Assembly (NCBI GenBank): GCA_037443765.1
Contig: JBBINS010000002.1
Coordinates: 7,820 to 71,819, forward strand
DNA length: 64,000 nucleotides
Reading direction: 5' to 3'
Source: Gammaproteobacteria bacterium
Lineage (GTDB): Bacteria; Pseudomonadota; Gammaproteobacteria; Steroidobacterales; Steroidobacteraceae
The notes below the pieces were generated by a model. It was not told the origin of the DNA. It made no database searches and saw only the letters and a program-made list of their open reading frames with translations. The stretch's first letter is position 1. Every line of letters starts with the position of its first letter. Positions 24,501 to 31,668 of the stretch are shown one piece after another. The translations under genes were made by a program, and so were the position numbers.

Positions 24501-24941
24501 CGACGCGAGCGCCCGGTCGCCCTGCTGGTTGGCCTCGTAGGCGCGCGCCAGCTGATAGAGGACGGCGTCGTTGCGCTCGTAGTCCGGATAGGCCTTGAGG
24601 AGCCTCGTGTAGAGCACGATCGCGTCCGCCGTGTCGAGGGGCGAACCCTCGGCGAGCTCCTTCTCGATGCGGTTGAGCTCGCCGGCCTCGAGCTTGAGGT
24701 CGCCGAGCCGGCGCATCGCCTCCGCCCGCAGTGCAGCATCGCCGCGCTCGAGGTTCAGGAATTCCTGGTAGTTCTGCCGCGCCTTGTCGGAGTTCGCGTC
24801 GCTCGGCCCGTCCGGCTGGACGTCGACCTGACGGTCCTTGAGGTCGCCGATCGTCGGCTGCTTCTTAGGCGCCGCGCCGGCGACGCCGGCGGCCAGCGCC
24901 GCCGCGCAGACGAAGGCCAGCAGGGAGGCGGCCTTGCTCAT
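21546..24941 (-). CDS. Large secreted TPR-repeat protein (1131 aa)
   Basis: Signal peptide followed by many TPR-like A-x-x-x-Y/F helical pairs along the whole length. ATGA overlap with the upstream gene. Confidence 0.85.
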   Translation of the reverse strand: MSKAASLLAFVCAAALAAGVAGAAPKKQPTIGDLKDRQVDVQPDGPSDANSDKARQNYQEFLNLERGDAALRAEAMRRLGDLKLEAGELNRIEKELAEGSPLDTADAIVLYTRLLKAYPDYERNDAVLYQLARAYEANQQGDRALASLDQLVKRYPASRYVDEAQFRRGEIMFMDKRWADAEGAYARVIAFGPKSEFYEQSLYKHGWAQFKRGESEGALDSFAKLLDLKLVDAKGKERDIDGFTRPQRELVEDTLRVCAITFSFEDEAKGVDSFLARHGAKPYAYLLYGTLGDLYVSKERWTDGANAYRAFAKRDPDHERAPLLQMQAIDAYKRGGFASLVLDGKREYVEQYRLGSSFWAHRQPADAPLVVRELKTNVKDLASYYHAQAQATKQPADYQEAARWYREYLKSFPDDKEAATTNYLLADTLFESHQFHDAALEYEHAAYGYPPNDKSATAGYAALVSYEKEEAALQGEAKSAWHRQGLESGLRFATTFQAHPESAPVLVRTAREYYDLKDYAKAIDVADIVLARQPPVDVEKQRTVWTVIANGQFELGQFDKSEGAYLQVQSLLAANDPQRPAIDERVAASVYKQGEARKAAGDDAGAVGDFLRVAQLAPLAKIRATADYDAAALLIGMKDWPKAIEVLEGFRRNFPASELQPEVTRKLAVAYVEAGRPGPAAVEFERIASAPGGNADVQREALSQAAALYEKSGDVARTVATWESYVKRYPQPFEAALEARQKLADLAQQRGDAPRRAALLDDIIKADQGAGAARTDRSRYLAAKASLELAQPTRDAFNAVRLVLPLKKSLEAKRAAMQRALKAFEAADAYAIAEVSTAATFEMAELYRQLGVDLLKSERPKSLAGEELEQYDLLLEEQAYPFEEKAIDIHLVNTARAAQGLYNEPVRASYAALAKLKPARFGKTEENEDLVIDAAAGAMPPPPASPPPANGKGAAPAPQPVAPAVPLPIAVRFQEAVAAAESGGAQADTEFVALATQAPALAGPPLNHGILLSRAQQWPEAEAALGEALKRHPASATAAAQLGIVYRQLGKFAEAEQSYRHSLELDASDARAHRNLGVLLDLYVQKPAEALGEYERALALVGGEDKVMSAWIAEIRQRLGAGQKSARAEAK

Positions 24942-26914
24942 CGGGCGCCGTCCGGGGGTGGTGGCATCGCCGGCGCGGCGGGCGCCGGGCGCTCGCTGCG
25001 CTTGGCGTCGGTGTCCGAGGCGCGATCATAGATCGTCGCGAGCGAATAGCGCGCCTGCAGCATGTACGTGGAGATGCGTTCCTTCTGGGACTCCAGCTCG
25101 CGGACGGCGATGTCGGCGAGGTAGTCGGCCTGGGCACGCTGCAGCGCGGCAAGGCGGTCGCGCGCGGCCTCGATCCGCGGACGCAGGGCCGCGATGCGGC
25201 CGGCGAACTCGCCGTTTCGGTCCGGCACGGCCTGCTTGGCCTCCTGCACCAGCGACCAGCGCTTCTCGGTCTCGCGCAGCGCCTGCGAGACCTCGCGCAC
25301 GCCCTTGCGGACGGCCCAGGCGCGCGCCTTGAAGCCGTCGTTCATCTCCCAGTACAGCACGCCGCGGATCAAGCGCAGCTTCTCGCGCGCATCGTCGAGG
25401 TCCGGATCGGCGCCGGCGGTCGCGAGGACGGCCTCCATCTGCTCGACCTGCGACCAGAGCTCGCGCTCGCGGGGCGTGCCGAGCGCCGCCACGTCGCCGT
25501 TGTTCTCCGCGCTGACGACCCGCGACTCGATCTCGGTGCGGCGGCGCTGAAGCTCCTCGAGATCGACGCCGTCGAGCTTGGCGAGCACGGCCGGCAGCCG
25601 CGTGGCGTAGCGCTCGCGGCGCGTCGCGAGCATGTCGTCGAACGCCTCGACGCTCGTCGACCACGCATCGAGGTTGCGCTCCATGTAGCGCAGCATCCGG
25701 AAATTCTTCAAGCCTTCCTGGAAGTCGTTCTGCGCCAGCAGGTGGTAGAGGTAGCGCGACTCCGGCGCGTCCGGCAGCGATGATAGCTGCCAGAACCAGC
25801 CCAGCTGGTTGCGCGACTCGTTCTTCACGATCGTCTCGAGCATGCCGCCGCGCCGAATCGCCGCGATCGACTCGTCGAGGCGGCCGGTCTCGGTACCGAA
25901 CTCCCGGATCGCCGCCTCGTAGTATTCGGCCGCCTGCCGGTTCGCGTTCAGCTTCGCGTAGGCGTACGGAACCGCGAGGTAGCTCTCCTGTACTGCCGAG
26001 TCGAGCATGTTGCGCCCGTGCAGCTCGAGCCAGGGGACCAGCGCCTCGCGGTACTGCTGCTCGTCGCTCGCAGCCCAGCCGACGCCGAGCAGCGCCTTGG
26101 TCGACAGCGGCCCGTCGAGCCGGACGCGCTCCAGCACCGGCCGCGCCTCGGCGGGCCGCTTGGCCTGCAGCAGCGCGTAGCCGAGCGCCACGTTGGCCTT
26201 GTCGCGCAACGCGTCGAGTTCGGCGTTGGTGCGCTCCAGCCGGCCGATCTCGTCGAGGAGGCGCGAGCCGTTCTCGAGCTGGCCGCTGCGGACGAACGCG
26301 ACGCCGAGATTGAACTTGGCGTACGACTGCCAGACGACCGGGCCCTTCCAGTTGTCGAGCACGGCGATCGCCGCCGGGTACTTGCCCTGATAGAGCAGTG
26401 CCTGCGCGAGCAGCATATGGCGCTCGGCGTCCATCGCCGGCGTCAGCCCGGCCTTGCCCGACGCGGCCAGCGCGTCGGCGGCCTTCTCGTAGTAGCCGCG
26501 CTGGTACCAGACCTTGCCGAGGAAGAAGCGGGCGCGATCGCGCACTGGTTGCGGCACGTTCTTGCGGTCGAGCACCTCGGCGAAGATCTGGCCGGCCTCG
26601 CGGTGCTGGCCGAGCGACAGGTACAGACCGCCGAGCAGCAGCTGGGCGTCCTCTTGGTGGTGCGACAGTCGACCGTTCTGCTGCGCCGCGGTCAGCCGGG
26701 TCAGGGCGTCGAAGTAGTCGTCCTGGTAGAAGTAGAAGAGGACGTCGCCGTAATACAGGTCACGGACCTTGACGGGCGGCAACGCACCCGGCGTCGCGGC
26801 CTTCTTCGGCGCAGCCGCTCCCGCCCCCGGCGCCACGGCCAGGGCGAGCGCCAGTGCGCACACCCGCAGGCGTGCGCCGCAGCGGGTCGCGATGCCGACT
26901 CGGCTCACTCCCAC
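24938..26914 (-). CDS. Secreted TPR plus coiled-coil protein (658 aa)
   Basis: Signal-like N-terminus, TPR-like N-terminal half and a long heptad-like C-terminal half. GTG start at 26914; the start is uncertain. Confidence 0.8.
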   Translation of the reverse strand: MGVSRVGIATRCGARLRVCALALALAVAPGAGAAAPKKAATPGALPPVKVRDLYYGDVLFYFYQDDYFDALTRLTAAQQNGRLSHHQEDAQLLLGGLYLSLGQHREAGQIFAEVLDRKNVPQPVRDRARFFLGKVWYQRGYYEKAADALAASGKAGLTPAMDAERHMLLAQALLYQGKYPAAIAVLDNWKGPVVWQSYAKFNLGVAFVRSGQLENGSRLLDEIGRLERTNAELDALRDKANVALGYALLQAKRPAEARPVLERVRLDGPLSTKALLGVGWAASDEQQYREALVPWLELHGRNMLDSAVQESYLAVPYAYAKLNANRQAAEYYEAAIREFGTETGRLDESIAAIRRGGMLETIVKNESRNQLGWFWQLSSLPDAPESRYLYHLLAQNDFQEGLKNFRMLRYMERNLDAWSTSVEAFDDMLATRRERYATRLPAVLAKLDGVDLEELQRRRTEIESRVVSAENNGDVAALGTPRERELWSQVEQMEAVLATAGADPDLDDAREKLRLIRGVLYWEMNDGFKARAWAVRKGVREVSQALRETEKRWSLVQEAKQAVPDRNGEFAGRIAALRPRIEAARDRLAALQRAQADYLADIAVRELESQKERISTYMLQARYSLATIYDRASDTDAKRSERPAPAAPAMPPPPDGAR

Positions 26915-27510
26915 TCCTTGACCTTGAACTCCGGCTGCTGCGCGCTCTGCCGGTCGGAAATCTTGAGCTCGAGATACTTCGCGCCGACGCCCTTCTCGAA
27001 GTTCAGGTTCGCACCACGCTTGTAGTCGCGCTCGTGCGGCCCCTTGCCCGTGAAGAAGGCGACCAGCTCGTGCTTGCCGGTCTTCAGGTTGCCGATGAAG
27101 ACGCGGTGGACGCCGCCGCGATTCAGGGCCTCGACCTCACGGTCCGTGTACAGATAGTTCGCTACTACCTTGTTGTCGAGCCTGATCTGCACCGAATCCA
27201 GTTCGAAGAAGGTGCCGACGTCGAGCGACAGGAACACCGCGACCTGGGTGTTCGCGGGGAACAGCAGTTCTTCCTCGAGCATGAACAGGTCGCGATTGAG
27301 GTCGAGGACCTCCTTCTTGAGACCCTGGACCTCGCCGTCGAGGCTCTTGAAGTCGCCACCGCTGGCGGCCGGTGCCGCCGGAGCGCCTGCCGGGACTGCG
27401 GCCGGGGCCTCGTCGGCGGGCGGCGTGGCGCCGGCCGGCGCGGCGAGCGCGAGCAGCGCGCAGGCCGCGGCCGAGCGGATGAACAGTGCGAGAGATTTGG
27501 TGGTTACCAT
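26905..27510 (-). CDS. Secreted hypothetical protein (coiled-coil plus beta-rich domain)
   Basis: ATG at 27510 gives MVTTKSLALFIRSAAACALLALAAPAGA (signal peptide). Overlaps the downstream gene start by 10 nt. Confidence 0.65.
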   Translation of the reverse strand: MVTTKSLALFIRSAAACALLALAAPAGATPPADEAPAAVPAGAPAAPAASGGDFKSLDGEVQGLKKEVLDLNRDLFMLEEELLFPANTQVAVFLSLDVGTFFELDSVQIRLDNKVVANYLYTDREVEALNRGGVHRVFIGNLKTGKHELVAFFTGKGPHERDYKRGANLNFEKGVGAKYLELKISDRQSAQQPEFKVKEWE

Positions 27511-27677
27511 CGTCCGAGCCTTTCTGGTCATGCGCGCCGGAGCGCGCCGGTAAGCCAAAGCAGCCAGCGGGGCAGCCGGAGCGCGGAGCGCATCGCGGTG
27601 CGGCGACGCGAGCCTCTGCCGCAGTCGAGCATCGCCATTGCAATCCGAGGGCTGTCCATCGCGGTCTCCGTCAGTCG

Positions 27678-28253
27678 CTATTCGTCGAGAAGCTGCCGGA
27701 CCTCGGCGACGAGGTCGGCGTCGCCGGCGGCATCCAGCTCGCCGTGCGCGTAGCGCACGACGCCGGCGCGGTCGATCAGCAGCGTCAGCGGCACGTCCGG
27801 CACCGAGAAGCGACGGCCGAGGACCTTGTCCGCGTCGACGCCGTTGCGGAACTTGGCGCCGACCGCGCGCGCCAGCTCGGTCGCGCGGCTCGGGTCGTCG
27901 TCGAGGCTGATGCCGACGACGACCAGGCCGGCCTGCGCGTAAGTCGCATCGAGCTTCGCAAGACGCTCAAGGTACGTCCGGCACGACCCGCACCAGCTGG
28001 TCCAGAAGCCGATCGCCACGACCTCGCCGCGCCGTTCGGACAGGCGGAAATTGCGGCCGGTACCGGAGAACAGGCGCTGCACGATCTCGGGCGCCGGCTT
28101 GCCGATCAGCGGGTGATGCGCAGCGGGATCCGCCGCGCTCGAGGTCGCGACGACGCCGATGAGCGCGAGTGCGAGCACGAGGCACGCAGCACTGCGCCGG
28201 GACCGGGCATTCAACAGAGACAGCCGCCGCACCACCGTCGCCACGAACTCCAT
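27678..28253 (-). CDS. TlpA-like periplasmic thiol:disulfide oxidoreductase
   Basis: Signal/anchor plus a WCGSC redox motif in a thioredoxin-fold context (VVAIGFWTSWCGSCRTYL). Confidence 0.85.
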   Translation of the reverse strand: MEFVATVVRRLSLLNARSRRSAACLVLALALIGVVATSSAADPAAHHPLIGKPAPEIVQRLFSGTGRNFRLSERRGEVVAIGFWTSWCGSCRTYLERLAKLDATYAQAGLVVVGISLDDDPSRATELARAVGAKFRNGVDADKVLGRRFSVPDVPLTLLIDRAGVVRYAHGELDAAGDADLVAEVRQLLDE

Positions 28254-28587
28254 GTTGTCGAGCCCAGGGCAACACGCTCAGCTCGCGTGTCGCGAGCGGC
28301 TGGCGTCCAGCGACGCACGGGCCGCCACAAAACCGGACACGGCCACTCGCGGCAACCCCGCTTTCCGTCGTTCAACGGACCGGTAGCTTTGCGTCCTCGC
28401 CTCGCGACGAGTTTGCCCTTGGCAGATTTTGTAAAGCTCGCACGCACGCCCGGCACTGTCAACGCGCAGGAACGACACAGAGTGATGGACGCTTCACAAA
28501 AACGCCCGCTAGCGGTTTTGAGCTATTCCGAGTCGCCGGATGGCGACAGGCGCACGCACCACCCGCGCCATCACGGCGTGGGACGTG

Positions 28588-29952
28588 TCACGCGCCGTCG
28601 GCTCGCTCGCCGTTGCGATGCAGGCGTTCGAGGAGCCCGCGCAGCGCGCTGCGGGCCTGTGCCGCGGGCAGGAGGCCCTGCTCGGCGACGATCCGCGTCA
28701 GCTCGTCGAGTGACCGCCGCCCGTCGACGAGCGCGAGCAGCACGGCCTGGATGCGGCTGGCGTCCGCCGCGAGCGCCAGCGCGTCGGAGCGCGGCACGGG
28801 CACGGAACCGTCTCGCAACCACGGCGGCGCGGTGGACTCCTCCGGCTCGCGCGGTCCGCGGCGACGCTTGTCGGCCGCAAACAGCGCCACCGTCTCGACG
28901 CGGCCGTGCCGGCTCGCGGGTGAGCGCATGTAGGGCAGCGTGGCATCGCGCTGCGAGGCGACCTCGAAGCCCGCCGCGGTCACGATGTCGCGCACCTCCT
29001 CGGGCCCGTACCGGAGACCCGGGCGGCGCCACGGGAACGCGAGCGACCCGAAGTTGACCCAGCGCCCCCCCGGCACGAGCAACCGGTTGATCGCGAGCGC
29101 GACCGATTCAAAATCGAGGTCGACGATGTCGATGAGCCACGGCGTGACGACCGCGTCGAAGCTCTGCGCCGCAAACGGCGCGCGCCAGGCGTCGGCAAAC
29201 ACGAGCTCGAGGCCCGGCCGTGCGGGCGCCGGCGCCGCCAGCTCGCGCCGGATGGCTGCATCGGCGCCCGTGCGCGGGGCGATCGGGAACTCGTACAGCT
29301 CGACCCGGCCGCCACGGACCACACGCTCGGCGACGAGCAGCAGCAGCGGGTTGATGTCGAGCGCGACGGTCAGCGACTGCGCACCGTGTTGGTGCAGGTC
29401 GTACGCGAGCCGTCCGCCGCCGGCGCCGAGCACGAGCAAGCGCCCGCCTCGCCCGGCGAGCGCCGCCGCCACCTCCGCGTGCGAGGCTTCGTTCTCCTCG
29501 GTGCCCCAGCACCAGTCGCGGTGCACGTTGGCGTAGTAGGAATGCAGGTCCTGGCTGAGGGGCAGGCGCTCGCCGAACGCGAGCGGCGTCGCGCGCGGCA
29601 TCGGCAGCGGCGCGAGCATCAGCGGCTGCAGCAGGAGCCGCACCAGGCGTGCCTGCTCGCGGTAGGCGTCGCGGAGCGCGACCAGCCGGCTTCGGGTGCT
29701 GTCCCGGGGGGCAATCACCAGGTCGGCCTCCGCGGCGCGCTCGGCGGCCGCAAACTCCTCGAGATACAGCGTCAGGCGATTGCGCCATTCCCCGAGGGCG
29801 AGTTCGGGGTCCGCGAACAGCCACGGCAGGCCGTCGAGCCGCGGGTACTCGACGCGGCAGCCGCGGCACGCAAAACCGTCGGTCGCCGCCACCAGCGGCG
29901 CGCGCCGGCAGCGCGGGCACTGCAGCGAGTCGAGGAAACCGGGATCCGCCAT
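28588..29952 (-). CDS. SAM-dependent methyltransferase with N-terminal zinc ribbon and C-terminal winged-helix-like tail
   Basis: CPRC...CRGC Trm112-like ribbon and LVLGAGGGRLAYDL SAM motif I. I preferred the ATG at 29952 over the TTG at 29970. Confidence 0.8.
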   Translation of the reverse strand: MADPGFLDSLQCPRCRRAPLVAATDGFACRGCRVEYPRLDGLPWLFADPELALGEWRNRLTLYLEEFAAAERAAEADLVIAPRDSTRSRLVALRDAYREQARLVRLLLQPLMLAPLPMPRATPLAFGERLPLSQDLHSYYANVHRDWCWGTEENEASHAEVAAALAGRGGRLLVLGAGGGRLAYDLHQHGAQSLTVALDINPLLLLVAERVVRGGRVELYEFPIAPRTGADAAIRRELAAPAPARPGLELVFADAWRAPFAAQSFDAVVTPWLIDIVDLDFESVALAINRLLVPGGRWVNFGSLAFPWRRPGLRYGPEEVRDIVTAAGFEVASQRDATLPYMRSPASRHGRVETVALFAADKRRRGPREPEESTAPPWLRDGSVPVPRSDALALAADASRIQAVLLALVDGRRSLDELTRIVAEQGLLPAAQARSALRGLLERLHRNGERADGA

Positions 29953-30032
29953 GGGCACAGCATGCCGCAAGGAGCCACCGGACGCAGCCCGGCCCGCCCC
30001 GGACGGGCGGGCCGCCGGCGGTCGGCGTCGCG

Positions 30033-31646
30033 TCAGCCGCCGATCTTGCCGTTGACGATCGGGGCGAAGGCCGTCAGCGCGTCGAGCGCCGAGCCCGTAC
30101 CGAGCGCCTGGTCCGGGAAGACCTGCGAGAACATGGCCTGCTGGCCGTGCAGCGCCATGTAGTTGAGGAGCACCGTCTGCACGAGCAGCAGCACGTTGTT
30201 CGCCGCGGGACTTGCGGACGCGTCGACGTTGCCGCCCGGGTTCGTGAATGCCCCGATCTGCTGGTGACGGGCCGCCGCCAGCCCGCCGGCGCCGTCGAGC
30301 AGCTGCGGCCGTCCGCCGGGGTTATAGACGAGGAAGTAGGTCGCGGCGACGCCGCCGTTGTCGCTCGTCCACATGAACTTGCCGCGGCCGTCGACCGAGG
30401 TGTCGACCTGGCCACCGGCGGAGATGCCGCCGTCGCTGAACACGTAGACCATCAGCGGCTTCTGCATGCGCGCCGCATATTCGAGGCAGGCGCCGATGCA
30501 GCGGCCGGCACGCAGGTCGCGCAGCTCGCCGGTCGCCCGGCCCTGTCCGTGGTAGTCGTAGCCGCCCATGCTGATCGTGCCGGCCCCCGCGTAGCCGTTG
30601 ACGACCATCTTCATGATCGCGGCCGTCTTCTGGAACTCCGGATCGCCCTGATACTCGGCCTGGCTGAAGATACCCGAGCCGCGGGTCGCGCTCTGGTCGA
30701 CGATCTGCGGATCGAGGTCGGGGTTGAGCGCCGACGGGCTGGAGAAGTTCTCGGCGAGGTACGCCGACTTCACGTAGTTGCAGTTGGCCGCGGACTTCAC
30801 GGCGGCGTCGGCCGCGAGCTGAGTCGAGACGTTGGAGAACTTCTGGCCGCTGATGCGCGACATCGACTCGAGCACCGAGACCGCGTCGGCCGGGTTCGTG
30901 AAGAGCTGGCCGAGCACGCCGGTGTCGACCAGGCCGGTGACGTTGCTCGCCTGGGTCACGACGGTGGGCGTCAGCGCCGGATTGACCATCGACAGCGGCG
31001 CCATCGAGTTGCCGCCGGACTGGCTCGCCTGCGAGCCGATCAGCGTCAGCAGCTCGCCCTTGGCGCCGGCCATCGCGATGCCGTACATCGGATTGTGCGG
31101 GTTCGTGTTCGTGTCGTTGTTCGACAGCGCCGGGATCACGACGCCGTTGGTGGCCGCCTGCGTCGAGGGCGCCGTCCGTTCGAGAATGCCGCGGACGTGC
31201 GCGCTGTCGGAGTGGAACAGCAGGCCGAGCCGGTTCTCGATAAAGCTGCCCGTCGCGGAGGAGTTCGGCACCATGCTGCCGGGCAGACCCATCGCGCCGT
31301 ACGCCGCCGTCGGCAGGAAGTCGGTCTGACCGCCGGCGCCGCCCACGAGCACGTTGGAGCCGGCGATGTTGCCGCCGCCCGCGAGATCGAAGCAGATGAA
31401 CGGGATCTTGCCGGCACCGCCCGTGATGCCGCAGGCGACCTTCTGCGCCAGGATGTCCGGATCGAGCGCCATCGCCCGCCCCGGATTGAGGAGCAGCCCG
31501 AGCGCCGTCGGCGCGATGACCGTGGCGGAGCCCGTCATGAAGCCCTGCGCGATGAAGTCGCGCCGCGTGACGGGACGCTTGTGGGACCCGTGGCGGATCG
31601 GCTCGTCCAGCTCGAGGGTCCGCGGCGGCTTGTTCCGGATGATCAT
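30033..31646 (-). CDS. Tat-exported DUF1501/DUF1552-like protein
   Basis: ATG at 31646 with GAGG upstream. Twin-arginine motif TRRDFIAQG, a GGGN loop near the N-terminus and an MGGYDYHG motif. Confidence 0.7.
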   Translation of the reverse strand: MIIRNKPPRTLELDEPIRHGSHKRPVTRRDFIAQGFMTGSATVIAPTALGLLLNPGRAMALDPDILAQKVACGITGGAGKIPFICFDLAGGGNIAGSNVLVGGAGGQTDFLPTAAYGAMGLPGSMVPNSSATGSFIENRLGLLFHSDSAHVRGILERTAPSTQAATNGVVIPALSNNDTNTNPHNPMYGIAMAGAKGELLTLIGSQASQSGGNSMAPLSMVNPALTPTVVTQASNVTGLVDTGVLGQLFTNPADAVSVLESMSRISGQKFSNVSTQLAADAAVKSAANCNYVKSAYLAENFSSPSALNPDLDPQIVDQSATRGSGIFSQAEYQGDPEFQKTAAIMKMVVNGYAGAGTISMGGYDYHGQGRATGELRDLRAGRCIGACLEYAARMQKPLMVYVFSDGGISAGGQVDTSVDGRGKFMWTSDNGGVAATYFLVYNPGGRPQLLDGAGGLAAARHQQIGAFTNPGGNVDASASPAANNVLLLVQTVLLNYMALHGQQAMFSQVFPDQALGTGSALDALTAFAPIVNGKIGG

Positions 31647-31668
31647 GATGATTGCCTCGATAGTTCCG

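Noticed and set aside
28420-28435. TGGCAGATTTTGTAAA, which superficially resembles a sigma54 -24/-12 element.
   Set aside because: The -12 region reads GTAA instead of TTGC at the required spacing. The site also faces the + strand, where no gene follows.
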